A DNA stretch of 64,000 nucleotides from assembly GCA_951406725.2 (NCBI GenBank), contig OX597833.1, positions 9,362,001-9,426,000 on the forward strand. The letters are read 5' to 3'. This DNA comes from Octopus vulgaris. Its lineage: Eukaryota. Shown one piece after another: positions 25,545 through 39,490 of this stretch; the first letter of the stretch is position 1; every line of letters starts with the position of its first letter. The position numbers and the translations under genes were made by a program. The notes beneath the pieces are model-generated. The model was not told where the DNA came from and made no database searches. It was given only the letters and a program-made list of their open reading frames with translations.

Positions 25545-25767
25545 GAGGTGGTATCAAAAGGTTCTCAGACTAGTTAATAAAAAAATAACTTATTTTAACA
25601 TTACATCCTTCAAAAGTCATCTTGTGTAGCAATACACTTGTCCCAGCATTCCTTCCACCTTTTGAATCTGGCCTAAAAGTTGTTTTCTGTGAGTTAAGGA
25701 CCTTCTGTAATTTGCTCTGGATTTTGACAATGGTGTTAAAATGGTGACCTCTGAGCTGCATTTTCAT
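25545..25767 (-). mobile_element. mariner 3' remnant
   Basis: MKMQLRGHHF, then frameshifted QKRWKECWDKCIA...FEG; TIR-like gaggtggtatcaaaaggttc. Confidence 0.65.
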
Positions 25768-25864
25768 CTCCTTAAATGTCCCAGCGGCTCTCTGGAAGTT
25801 GTAGATAATTTTTGCTACCTACATTTATGTATACGTGTGTGTATGTGTATGTATGTATATGTCA

Positions 25865-25913
<49 letters not shown>

Positions 25914-28900
25914 TGTGTGTATGTGTATATACATATGTGTGCATATGTATGCATATATGTTTGTATGTATACATGTGTGTGCATGTATACATGTATGCAT
26001 GAATATATATGCATGCAAACCCATATGGTTAATTCATGCGCACTTTCTCTCATACATTTATCTGCAAATTTTGTGGGGTTTGTTTTGTTTTGATAAGCGT
26101 ATCTATGTATGTGTGTGTGTGTGTATATGTGAGTATGTGTATGATGTGATGTGCAATATTCTTTTTTGATTTTCTTTTTCCCTCTTTGTTTCTTTTTTTA
26201 TTTATCTATGTATTTGTTTATTGAACAACTTTTGAAATTTTTGAATTATCCACGTGACATTATCATAATTCATTCTAGAACATTCCATAGAGAAATATAT
26301 TTATTTGTTTATCAACAGCTACATAAACATGCAGACTTCAACCTGTAACTAGTTTGATAAGTGTCAATGCATGAAACTCTCAGATCTTGAGTCATTCTGT
26401 TGCATCTGCTAAATATTAATAAAAATATACACAGTTCTATTTTTCCTGTTTCCACCAAAAACATACCTATATATATATATATATATATACGTGTGTGTGT
26501 GTGTTTATATGATCAACTGTGGATGAAGATACTCTGACTACATTATATTATCAAGAATATAAACAGCATGGAAGAAGATTAGAGAGTTATTACGTCTACT
26601 AGTACCAAAGGGACTCTGTATCAAAGCAAAAGGTAGATAGTATGTTGCGTGTGAGCAATGTGCAACACTAGACGCTAGTGAAATATGGGCAGTGAATAGA
26701 GAGGATGTGTGATGGTTGCTGAGAAGTGAAGCAGGAATGCTTCAGAGGATGTGTAATGTTAATGAGTAAGAACAATAGGATATAGATGAGCAGAGGGATA
26801 AACTGGATAGAAAGAAAATCAGATGCTTTATTGGCCTGGACAGGTAATGTGTATGGATTATAAAAGATAGGTAAAGAAATGCCAGGTGATCAGAAGAAGC
26901 AGGTAACTGTGGAAAACTGGGGTGAAAGCTGATCTGATAAAGAAGATCACTAATAAATACAAGAAATGTATTCCAGAGGACCAGTTTTAGAGAACTTGGC
27001 ATGAAAATTATTATGATAATGATACATACACAACATACATGCATTATGCGACAACCAGGAGCAGCCCACATTCATGAGCCAAATACCGTGACCACTAAGC
27101 TACGCAGCTTCACTTCATAATCCTTATGTGACAGACACTAACAGGTACAGGGAATTGCATATATAAGATGAAGATCAATGTTTGAACATCTTATAATCCA
27201 TTCTTCACTTAATAACCTCACTAGTGCTGGTACTATGAAAAAAAGTACTCATGTACATTATAAATTGGTTGGCATTAGGAAGGGCATCCAGCCATAAAAA
27301 CCATACCAAAACAGACATTGGAGCTCGATGCAACTGTCTGACTAGTTGCATCCTGTCAAAGCGTTCACACCTTGTCAGCATGCAATAAAGACATCAAATG
27401 ATGATGACGATGACAATGTATATGTATGCATCGTACCGGTGGCACATAAAAAGCACCAACTGATTGTGGCCATTGCCAGCCTTGCCTGGCACCTGTGCTG
27501 GTGGCACGTAAAAAGCACCCACTACACTGACGGAGTGGTTGGCGTTAGGAAGGGTATCCAGCTGTAGAAACACTGCCAGATCAGACTGGAGCCTGGTCGA
27601 ACTAGACCCCGGTCGAACCGTCCAACCCATGCTAGCATGGAAAACGGACGTTAAACGATGACGATGATGATATATATATATACACACACATATGCATATA
27701 TATATATATATATATATATAGCATGATCCACCCATATTTTGCCCACAGTTATTTACTGAAAGATATTGAATTTGACTATCAACATCACTAGTTCAGTCCT
27801 GTCTCTCGTTATATTGTCATGTGTAGTCTTGACACCGCACACACTCTTTTTCTCTCTTCTCAAATACAAAAAGAATTAAAAAATGCAGTATTTTTATATT
27901 TTCAATCTGTGAGAGAAAAGACAAAATTAAATGAAGGCCAGGGTTATTCCCAGTAAAATAAAAGTTAACACTAACCTCAGTAGAATTTGAACTCAGAATG
28001 TAGGCAAATGAAACTAAATACTAAAGGATACTCCAGCAGCCTCTCTGTGACTATTCAACATGCTAAAAGTAGCAACCAAATCTCCCTCAAATCACTTCTT
28101 ACCATAATAAACAAGGAAAAGACATGATAGATAACAGTGCTAGACAGACCTTCACTAAAAAAAAGACTGGATGGTCACAAGTGGAATGTCTTTGATCAGG
28201 ATTGACCTGGTGCTAAAAGCAATTCTTAACTTACTAGAAATAGTAGCTAAATTTCCTGTAATTCATGCCTTATCCTCTTAAAAAATGAAAGACATGTCAT
28301 ATAATATAAGTCCTAGACACACTGAGTCTGAACAATGAAAGCAATGGCCATGTGTGGAATGTCTGCAAGATTAGGACCTGGCTTGGGAGTTAAACAACAA
28401 CAACAAGAACAATAGTCACAGAATTTCGGAATAAACTCTTTATTAAATTCACAGGGGTTACACTGCCCCACTTCCATTTTCCATAGGGAGGGCATTGTGT
28501 CACCCAACCCCTATTAAGTTGTTCTGTTCGTTTGAGGTTTTATTTTCTCATCCTACATGGATAAGAGTGTGTATATATGTATGCACATGCAATGTGTGCA
28601 TGCATGCATGTATGTGTGTGTGTGTACTGTAACCTCAATAAATTGAAGGGGATCTTCGGCTTGCAAGCTGCACAATGACCCCACTAGTTCTGGTGGAATG
28701 TAAAAAAAGCACCAAGTACATGGTGTGAAGCGCTTAGTATAAGGAAGGGTATCCAGCTGTAGATGGCATGGTGAAGCAGACATTAAAGCAGGTGATGTAG
28801 TCCTCTGACCCATGTCAACATGGACAATAGATGTTAAATGATAATAATGATGATGATGATGATGATGATGATGATATATATATATATATATAAATAGATG

Positions 28901-29061
28901 TGTGTATGTTTCCCTTGTTTACAATTAACACAGAAGAAATAGATAAACAGTTACCAGGGCAGCAAAAAATCACACAAGTAAACAGGGCGTAACACCTCAA
29001 TTTTAAAGGTAGAAACTCCGGATTTATGGGAAATGTTTTGTATAATATATATATAAATAAA

Positions 29062-29197
29062 TAAATGGAGTTAAACACTGATGTTATTCAAATTGTTTTA
29101 CTTCCGACACATGTTTCGAAGACATTGGTATTATTCCAAAGGAATAAAATAGTATAAAACATGTAAAAGAATTTGAATAACACCTGCGTTTAACTTC

Positions 29198-29203
<6 letters not shown>
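29062..29203. repeat. Small fold-back (~40-bp arms) enclosing half a hammerhead; PLE-terminus-like
   Basis: taaatggagttaaacactgatgttattcaaattgttttac is mirrored at 29163-29203; the spacer holds minus-strand CGAAACatgtGTCgg. Confidence 0.65.
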
Positions 29204-29243
<40 letters not shown>

Positions 29244-29939
29244 TGTCTGACTGATTCAGGGATTAAACTTATGCCCCCTAAATAATGTACTTTACCATCC
29301 CATTGATCTGTAGAACAATTGGGTAATGGGAATTAAAGGCTTTAAATTTAATTTATTTTTTAAAATTAAATTTTAATTCTTATTTTATCTATTAAATACT
29401 TTTATGCACATAGGTTTAATGTTGTCTCTGCTCTCATTTAAATGAATTCTTCCCCCTCTGATCATTCTTTTATGCAGAGCAACTGAACATCTATGTGCAA
29501 AGTTCAACCTATTCAATGATTCTTTCAGTCATTTCCATTCCCACTGTTGTCCCCTAACATATTCACTTCCTGCCATGATGGTCACCGACTCCCTACGTCC
29601 TTCCACAAATAATCATCCATGCTGGATTTTCTCTGACTCACCACACATTACAGCTTTACCATTTTCCTCTAACTTTACCTTTAGGGCTCAGCTGGTATAG
29701 CTTATACATTCACTGCCACAACTGCAAGAGGTGGAATACCCGCAATTCTTGGTTCTTCTGATGGAGGTTTTGGTTGTCAAACTATACACATCATCATCAT
29801 CATCATCATCATCATGCTGGCCTGGGTTGGACAGTTTGACAGGAGCTGGCCAGGCAGAAGCCAGTACCACACTTCTGTGTGTGTTTGGCACAGTTTTTAT
29901 GGCTGGGTGCCCTTCCTAACATCAACCAACCTCTTGTAC

Positions 29940-30305
29940 GGCAGTGTGGTTCTGGGTTCAGCCCAACCACACAGTTCCAGGTTCAATCCCACTGCATAGC
30001 ACCTTGGGCAAGAGTCTTCTATTTTAGCCTCTAGTCGACCAAAGCCTTGAGTGAATCTGGCAGATGGAAACTGAAAGAAGCCCATCACACATACATGTGT
30101 GTGTGTGTCTTTGTGTATGTGTTTGTCCCCCCTATGCCAGTGCTTGACAACTGGTGTTGGTGTGCTTATGTCCCCACAACTTAGTGGTTCAACAAAGAGA
30201 GACTGAAAGAATAACTAAACAGATTTTACAGAAAAATAATAAGTATTGGGTTTGATGCATTTGACCAAAGTTCTTCAAGATGATGCCCCAGCATGGCCGC
30301 AGTCT
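29940..30305 (+). repeat. tRNA-derived CORE-type SINE
   Basis: Same family head, core and tail as 3490-3865. Confidence 0.75.
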
Positions 30306-31319
30306 GTCATCCCATCGATTTAATAAAGGATTTGGTTTCAAATTTCAAGAACATTATCAAATATAACAAACACCCGAAAAAGACTGGAGCAGTCAAAATA
30401 TTGTGACTAATACCCAAGACAGCCAGTTTGAACAGATCTGTGTATAATAATGATAATTTCTAGTTGCAGAAATTCAGACAAAACAGGGGACTACAAACCA
30501 CGTGGTAGGGGGTAGCTTAATACCATGTACAAGAGGCTAAGTAGCAGCAACAACAGCAACAATATGCTTACTGTAGACAGTGCTCAGGTCCCCTTGCAAA
30601 AAAAGTTTGTCTATCAAAACTCAATGCCACTTCTGGTGATAAGATAAATGTTTTCTTTTGAATCAATGAAAGAATTTTGAGGGAAATAGCTTGATTCAGA
30701 GATGCCCAACCAATTTCGAAAAAGACTCGATACCACAACATTGAAATAACAGGAAATTTCAAACACTCCATCATCTTTGCTGCTGTTGTTTGTGTCTATT
30801 TTGCATCCGCTTGCCATGGAGTTGGCTGCACACTTATTGAAATGGTCTTTTTAAGGCTGGACGTACTACTTGTGGCTAAGCCTTACTTGTTTTTCCCTGT
30901 TTGTAGTCACACAACACGAAGCTGCAGGGTGTACTGAAGGGGTGTATCTAAACATCACGTCATGTTTAGATTATGCAGAATGTAAGCTTTCATGCTCTCT
31001 CTCTCTCTCTCTCACACACACACATACATATACAACAGGGTTCCCCCAATCAATTCCATCAACAAGGCATTGGTGGACGTGGGGTGATAAGAAAATACAG
31101 CCTCTAGGTGTCATACAATGGAATTGAACCCAAGAACATGTGGTTACAAAGTGAATGTCACTGGAATTTGTTCATTATGAAGTTATTATCATTTTCAGGA
31201 TTTACTTGCCTCATTGACACAACAACAACAACAACAACAATCTGAGCCAACAAAGGAGCCTCTATGTGGTCATATAACATGCTAGAAATAACAGTGTATG
31301 GTTGGTAAAATCTCAGAAC

Positions 31320-32900
31320 ATAGTTGAGCACTTGGTGTAAGCAACATCAATAACACCAAGAATGAAGGAATAAAACTTTACAAAGTCCACGAAAGACCTC
31401 TTTACACCAACCAATAAGTATAATATGAAGGAACTACGAGAGAAAGAGGAGGACTTTGTTGAAGTGCCTGAATTAGAAAGCTTTCTTCTGTGATTCAGAA
31501 AGGAACAACCACAGACCAATGGAGTAATTAAAATATTAATAAGTCTAATGAAGATAAATGGATTTGAACTTTGAAGCCTGGTTTCTTAGGATATCACACT
31601 TCCAGTAATAAACATAGGATTCAAAAATGCAATAACCATTTTTATAAAGTCTGACAAAACAAATGACTTTTATGACGTAAAAAATTATACTCATTGTTAA
31701 CTACTTAATTTTAATATAGAATAAAATTGTCAAAAAAAATAGAATAAACACTCATGATATTAGCAAAATTAAAATTAAAATAGGAAATTAGATAAAAAGA
31801 TGGAATATTCTGCTAAACATGATGCATACATTGTGATTAACCCTTTTGTTATCATATTTCTGTTGAAATGAATTAATTTTGAAAATAATGAAGAATTTAG
31901 TGAAATAACTCATTATTAAGGATGCGTTTGGAACATAAATTAACATGAAACTTTGATGGGATATTTAAATTTAGATCATTTTAAACAGGAAGTTTGTATT
32001 ATAGAACCATTGCTAGAATTAGGCAGGTTGATATTCCAGGGGTTAAGAAGCACAAAAAGAATTTTGCTTTGAGTCCAAGATGTAGCTCAATCATTTCTAC
32101 AAAAACTGAATGAGGATTAACTAGCAAGAATATCTTAATGAATATTAATAATAAAACATTAAGAAGGTAATCGGATTCCAGCAATGGAATAATAGTAGTA
32201 ATTAGCTGAATAAGAGTAATACCACAATCACAATTGGTTGATTGAATATCAATAAGAATAAAAATGGTGAAGTCCACTCCAATTTGACATCGTAGAATTT
32301 CATCTTTTGATTTTGAAATCTCTACTTATATGTACCCTGAATTCCACTGTAACTTTTCCCATAAGTGTCAAATCAAATATGGCCAGAAATTTGCTAAGAG
32401 TTATTCATAAATATTTCCCTATCGACAGAAAGTAATTCAACAAGATTTGTCTAAAAATTAATTACAGTTGTAGCTCAAACATGAAATATTAATGAAGTCC
32501 CATGTAGATAGAGCAATACGTTCCTCTTCAACCAGTCAAGAAATACAGAAGTGATAATATCTGAAGTAGAAGCCAGTCCTACTAAACCAAACTTCACCAT
32601 AAAGTGTAAACCTACATTAGTGGAAGGTAGGTTGCATCAATATTAATCATACTTGAGACAAAGACAGAAAAGGAATACAATGATAATTAGTTACGTTTGC
32701 AACTTAAAAGTGCATAAAACTGGTTTTGACATAAAGTGGAAAATCTTTGAGAGGAGCAGACCTTATTGAGTATAAAACATGCAATTTATGTATAGCTGAT
32801 AGAAGTTTATTTTGGCTAACAACAACAATTCTGATAATTATTTAAACTCATGATTAGAAATTTTTATGGAAAGCTACAACATCCATAAGTATTGTTAAGA
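31320..32900 (+). mobile_element. Highly decayed Penelope/Poseidon-like element with a partial piggyBac-type MITE at ~31840
   Basis: KSDKTN, a decayed WFNPP-like region and a KWKIFER...Y GIY-YIG C-terminus; ttaacccttttgttat MITE end. Confidence 0.5.
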
Positions 32901-33129
32901 TTATAGAAATACATCCCAGCACCAGATTGAGTAAACTAAGTTTAACCTATCATGCAATTCCTCTTTATTCATTAGTTTATCATAGATTTTCATCAAAATA
33001 CCCTAAGCATTATTCACCTAGTCTTTAATAACATGATTTTTCAAAAACTTCCATACTTTTGATCTAAGAATAATGTCAGGAATTTTTCCAAACCATTTTA
33101 CTAATTTTTTTTTTCTGTTTCAATTTTGT

Positions 33130-34320
33130 TTTATCTAAGAGATACTACCCAGCTCAACCAAAGGAACTTTAAAGAGTTGCACTGCTTAGAGAAAGAGGGA
33201 TAGAAATACTATTATGAGAGGCTGTTGAATGAGAAGAATGTATGAGAAAGAGATGACCTATCACAAATAAATACAACAGAAGGAACAACTATTAAAGTGA
33301 ACAGTTGTATGGCTGAAAGTTTAAATTAAAGCTACAAAGATAGGGAAAGTAACTCAAACAGTTCCTGTGATGCTTAAATATCTAGCAAAGTAGGTTATGG
33401 ACTACTCATTTGCATAGTGAATCAGGTAGATGTCAAAGAAAATGCTTATCATAACAGAACTATAATTAATTAGTATAAGAGAAAAAAGATATGTTCTCTA
33501 GTTATGAAGGTTACTAAAAGTGTTAACTGATTAAGGGAAGAATTAGCCTAGATGAAATACAGTTTGGCTTTAAATCAAGAAGAGGTACTATTCAAACCAT
33601 CTTCTTGATGAGATAACTGTAGAAGTTGTACTTCACTAGGTGTAATTAATCTGTGGAAAATTTATCAATCTAGAGAAGCTTTTTGACAGGGTTTTATGTT
33701 GGGTGTGATTACTAAGGAAACTAGATGAAAACAAATGGCTTGTGAGGGTAGCGTTAAGTGGTACAGTCAGCAAGATAAGACTTAACTATGGAAAAAATGA
33801 TGAATTTAGCATTCCAGTTGGAATCTACTAAAGCTCAAATCTTCATTTACTCTTGTTTATTATAGTCTTCTAAACCATAATAGAGAAAGGGAAGACAGGC
33901 AGTCCAATGAAACAGTTGTATGTTGTTGCCTTTGTTTTCACAAATGAACCTAAAGAAGAAATGGGCAAACATTCTAGACATGGAAGCAAAAACTGGAATC
34001 AAGAGGTCTTGACATAAAACTTGCAAGTAGGGAAGAAGAAAGTACAAGTCAGTCATCAATGAAATAGCTGTGCATATGTAGAAAAAGAATTGGAAGAAAT
34101 TCCACACAATGCACTTTATGTACACAAGAGGTGTAACAGAATCACAGTCAAAGCTGACAGACAGGTTGACTTCATATATGACAGATGGACAGGAACGGTT
34201 GAACAGTAGGAGCACATCTGAAATAGAATTTCCTTGAGATTTTGTTAGTTTGGCGAAAGTAGGTAATCCAAAAAGCACAGTAACAGGATTAGAACAAGGA
34301 AGCTGTTACTTCAGGAAGCT
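33130..34320 (+). mobile_element. Highly decayed RTE LINE related to 22900-24130
   Basis: LDEIQFGFKSRRGT, NLEKLFDRV and similar remnants. Confidence 0.6.
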
Positions 34321-34329
34321 ATAATCACA

Positions 34330-34374
<45 letters not shown>

Positions 34375-35756
34375 TCTCTGTATAGAATACACTCACTTGT
34401 GGTGGCTATGGATATGCGTGTGTGTGCGTGTGCATTTGGCAGATCCTTATTTGTTGATTGACAGTAGGTGTTTAGATATTTATTTGTGGTTTTAAATTTG
34501 TTAAAGAGTTTGCTGTGTTTGTTTTTGTAGTGTGTGTTTTGTCTATCTGTGTATATCTTTAGTGGTGTGTGCGTATGTATGTATGTGTGTATTTTTGTTT
34601 TTTGGAAACATGTTCTGAAATTTGTGGTGTGGGTTTGTACTGTGTGTTCTTGGTTTTATGGAGATACCACAATACACAAAACAACACACACACACAAACA
34701 CAAATGGTCAGAACTATTGACTACATACCCTCAACAGAAAAAAGATGAAAAGGAAAATACTTAGACAATATACCCTAAACACACAGCAAAACAAATGACA
34801 AATAATTCCACCTTAATTCTCTGAATAACTATGCTTAAAAAACATTCAACCATTTTTTCTCAATAGAAAAAGAAAAAAAGAAAAATGTTTGACAATAGAT
34901 TTCAAATAAACACACACACACACACAGACGCACACACACACAGACGCACACACACACACACACAGACGCACACACACACACACACAGACGCACTCACACA
35001 CACACATCTGGCTAAACCATGAATAAGGAGCTTCCCATTCACTTCAAAAGGCTTCCTGAAATTTAAACTCTGAAACCCAACCCCAGAACTACATAGACAA
35101 AACATAAGAGACTGACTAAAGCAAAATTTCATTAAAACCTCAAATTTGGGTCCAAACTGTTGACCCCCTCCCCCAAATGTTTTTTTTCTGACTCCCTCTT
35201 ACCCAAATTCTTTTTAATATTTGATAAGATGGATACATCAAAACCGGTAATATTTTATTAAACATTCTCTAAAATATACTTCTGTACCTTCTCCAACTTA
35301 ATCTATTTCTCTCGGGGCCACGGTGCCCTAAGACTTCACCAGGTGGGGCTATTGAGTTAGAAGACATGGCCTGGGCCTATACTGGCCAAAACATATCAAA
35401 GTTATGTAACTAAAAGACCTCACCAAGTCTGCCCAAGGCTACAGCAGAAGATACTTGCCCAACGTGCCACACGGCGAGACTGAAGCTGGAACCATGTGGT
35501 TGGGAAGTAAAGTTCTTATCACACAGGCACGTGTGTGTGTGTGTGTCCCACACACCACTGCATGACAACCAGTGTTGGTGTGTTTACGTCCCCATAACTT
35601 AGCAGTTTAGCAAAAGAAACCGATGGAATAAGTACCTGGCTTAAATGAAAAATAATTAGGTCGATTCATTCGACTAAATTTCTTTACGGTGGTGCTCCAG
35701 CATGACACAGTCTAATAACTAAAACAGGTAATTTATAATCGATATATATATATATA

Positions 35757-35805
<49 letters not shown>

Positions 35806-35834
35806 ATATATGTGTGTATATATATATATATATA

Positions 35835-36253
35835 CTCTTTTACTTGTTTCAGTCATTTGACTGCGGCCATGCTGGAGCAGCACCTTTAATCGAGCAACTC
35901 GACCCCGGGACTTATTCTTTGTAAGCCCAGTACTTATTCTATCGGTCTCTTTTGCCGAACCGCTAGTTGACGGGGTACATAAACACACCAGCATTGGTTG
36001 TCAAGCAATACTAGGGGGACAAACACAGACACAGAAACACACACGCACACACACACACAGACACACACACACACACACATATATATATACATACATATAT
36101 ATACGACGGGCTTCTTTCAGTTTCCGTCTACCAAATCCACTCACAAGGCTTTGGTCGGCCCGAGGCTATAGTAGAAGACACTTGTCCAAGGTGCCACGCA
36201 GTGGGACTGAACCCGGAACCATGTGGTTGGTAAGCAAGCTACTTACCACACAG
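35835..36253 (-). repeat. Well-preserved full-length tRNA-derived CORE-type SINE with internal microsatellite
   Basis: Complete head, core and tail; older copies adjoin at 35430-35730. Confidence 0.85.
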
Positions 36254-36274
36254 CATATATATATACATGCTTAC

Positions 36275-36315
<41 letters not shown>

Positions 36316-36432
36316 GTAAAGATTGTGAGAGAAACGAAAACACAGACAGAGTGGCAACAAATGCTATTCTCGTGTACGAGACGGAATAGCATAGTTGTGG
36401 CTGGAATATGTGTGTGTGTGTGCGTGTGTGCG

Positions 36433-36463
<31 letters not shown>

Positions 36464-36854
36464 GTGCGTGTGTGTGGCCTGTATAAAATGCTAAAGTACA
36501 TCTGTGTCTCACAGCACCAGTTAGCTGCACTGATGATTACACACACACATACACACACCATGGAGTTGTGTTATGGATACTAACACATCAAGCAGCAGCA
36601 GGTTTTTGTTGTTGTTGTTGTTGTGTTTCTTGCACTTTACTGCTGGCTGCCTTATACAACGTGTATTACACACACGCAATGACATACATTCGTTTTAAGA
36701 AACACTCCCACTCCCCTTCTTCCTCTCATATTTTCCAACATAAGAATGTGTGTATGTGTGTACATGTCTCCACTTGTGTATAAATACACAAACATTTTCT
36801 TTTGTTTTACACACACACATAAACATATTACCCACTCCATATATATAAATGCTA

Positions 36855-36947
<93 letters not shown>

Positions 36948-37760
36948 GTCTGTTTAATGTGTTTGTACCCCCCCACACACACACACGTGTGTTGCGTTAA
37001 GACAAAAACGCAGTCATTTTTTTTTTCCTAAATATTTTCCTGTTATCCAAATTCTTTATTCAGCCATCCATAGATACATACAGATACACGTATATATACA
37101 TACACAATTACAAGTGTTGACATACATTTTGATAGCGAGATATACATAATTTTAAATATGCACACACACACACACGAATTCAAAATAAAGCGATGGTGTG
37201 CGTGTGTTTGTTTGTGTGTGTGTGTGTGTGAAAAGTGCGCGAAAATTAGGTCAGTATGGCTGCTGCGAAGTAGGATAGTCATCTGGCCTTCCTGTACCTC
37301 TTCCCCTTGTGACACAGTAATGAGGGAAGCAGGAGGGAAAGGGGGCGGAATAGAAAGTTATGAATAGTAGAAGGAGTTGCATATGTGTGATAGAGACAGA
37401 GTATGTGTATGATGGTGACAGTGGGTGAAAGGGGGAGAAGAGTGTAAGAATTGGAGAGAGCGAGGGGAGGGGAGGGGAGGAGGTAAAAATCAAAGGAAAC
37501 TAAATAAACTGAATTGTTTGGCTGGTGTGAAGAGAGTTAAATATAGTTGTGGCAATTGTTGTTGGTGTTTATTTCTGAACTGAAGTATCATTTGGTGGAC
37601 TATGTTGAAGCGAGAAGTTTAGTCGAAAACAATTGTTTAACGACAATCATGTAAATAATGAGCTAGAAATAGCAGCCATTCTCTCTTAAACCGCTAATCG
37701 TCTTCCAAAAGAAAAGGACCCATGGGGAATTGCAGACCTAGTTACTGCGTCAGAATGGAG

Positions 37761-37907
37761 CAGTGGTTCCTAACCTGTGGTCCGCAAAGGTAGTACTAGG
37801 GATCCATGAACTAAATTCATATACACATAGACATAAGGATAAAGGGTCCGTGAGGAAAACTAATTTAAATAAGAGGGTCTTGGCAGTGAAACGGTTGGGA
37901 ACCACTG
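37761..37907. mobile_element. hAT-type MITE
   Basis: TIR CAGTGGTTCC(T/C)AACC; 8-bp flanks GAATGGAG/GAATAAAG (6/8 match, aged TSD). Confidence 0.8.
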
Positions 37908-37982
37908 GAATAAAGGATGAGATGGTTATGGCAGGAACTTTGATAAGAAACGATCTGTGGTTACACGTTTCTCTCTCTCTCT

Positions 37983-38053
<71 letters not shown>

Positions 38054-38189
38054 CGTGTGTGTGTGTATGCATTTATATATATATACACACACACATTATA
38101 TACATGTGTGTGTGTGGTTAATTTCATGTGGTAAACACATTGCTAAATGATTCCGGGTTGCAGTTTCCCTATCAGTGCTGGATTATATT

Positions 38190-38460
38190 TCACTTTTCAA
38201 AGACGTACTTTAGATCAATATGAATCTGGTTTAGGGGTTTGCAGTCAAAGACTTGAAGATCACAGAGAGGTGGACTTGCTTAAATTTTTTGCGTCAAAAA
38301 ACTTAAGGACCGACTCTGTAGTTGATTGAATGTTCTGAATTTCGTGACGAAAACTTAGAAGCTCATCTTCCAGAGAATATTTTGCTCAGTTTGAAGTGAA
38401 AAACTTAAGGAACAGATCACAATTGGCAGAAAAGTTAAGGATCATCCCTGAAACCTAAAC
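38190..38460. repeat. Degenerate ~50-bp tandem repeat with core AAAACTTAAGGA
   Basis: Core ACTT at 38251, 38301, 38353 and 38403, with a partial copy at 38433. Confidence 0.6.
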
Positions 38461-38721
38461 GAACAGCTTTCTTTTCTTTTTTTTTTTCTTTTTTTTTTCT
38501 TTTCTTTCTTCTTACTTTGAAGAGACCAAATTAGTGGGCGGCTATCGCAATAAATAACACAGGTACATGGCCAAAACAGAAAGAAGCGCACGCGCGCACT
38601 AAACAAGGGTTTGCAAAGTTCCGTAGAAGTTGATGTTTGAAGTGAAATTTAAAGGCGAAGAGAAATAAACAGATGAAACAAATAGTAATTTGAAGAGTAA
38701 CAGCAAAAATGTTTTACCTAC

Positions 38722-38770
38722 CTTCACTCGCCATTGCGGACCGAACGGGGGAACACCCCGTCGTCGCCAT
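38722..38770 (-). CDS. Candidate first coding exon (MATTGCSPVRSAMASE + 1 nt)
   Basis: Two in-frame ATGG starts (38770, 38734), an upstream in-frame stop, strong donor AAG|GTAGGT at 38721 (phase 1), GC/CpG-rich unique context. Confidence 0.6.
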
Positions 38771-39027
38771 CGATTGGTTGTGTGTCAATCACGTGCCCGA
38801 TGATATTGTGGGAATTCCGTGCATTTGTTCGAATCGAATTTACAGCGGGTTGTTTTTGGTGCTGATTAAAGCCATCTGAAAGTTGTGAGTGAGTGGAGAG
38901 AATGGAGTTGAAGGAAAGAAGGAGGAGAGGAGAGAGAAGTTGAAGTAGAGTGAATGTGAAGGAAGGAGAGAAACGAAACAAGAACAAAAAAAAAGGCACA
39001 GAGGAACGAGAGGGGTGGACAAAAGGC

Positions 39028-39062
<35 letters not shown>

Positions 39063-39490
39063 AGCGATAGAGAGAAAGAGAAAGTAAAAGAGCTATAAGC
39101 AACAGTAGTTGGTGTTGTGGATTAGGCACTAGTAACCTCTTACACTGCTTACTGCTGCTTAGTTAAAGCTGTCGAGTGCCGCCAGTGGTATATATGTGTG
39201 TGTGTGTGTGGTAAAGAGTACTTTTACAGCTGACTGCCGATTATGTGTTCACTATTTGTGAAAGGCACTTGTACTTAACGGATTGCCAAGCGCTTGTTCT
39301 CCACACGCACAACTGTGCAAGCGCTCCTCCCCTTCTGCCTCCTTCTCCTCCTCCTCCTCCTGCTCTTAGGCTCTTTGCTTTCTTCAAATCTATTTATTAA
39401 CATATCTTCAGATCACAGCTTAAGTCAGCTGGCTTTGTTTTTCTACTTTGACTCGGTACTTGATCCTCGTTGTTTGGATTTTAGTTAGAA
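38771..39490. promoter_or_regulatory. Putative 5' UTR and promoter region, possibly bidirectional
   Basis: Unique sequence with CpGs, CACGTG, CCAAT (minus strand), (GA)n and purine tracts next to the 38770 exon. Confidence 0.4.

Noticed and set aside
38240-38445. CRISPR-like repeat/spacer appearance
   Set aside because: Repeats are short and degenerate, there are no cas genes, and the context is eukaryotic.
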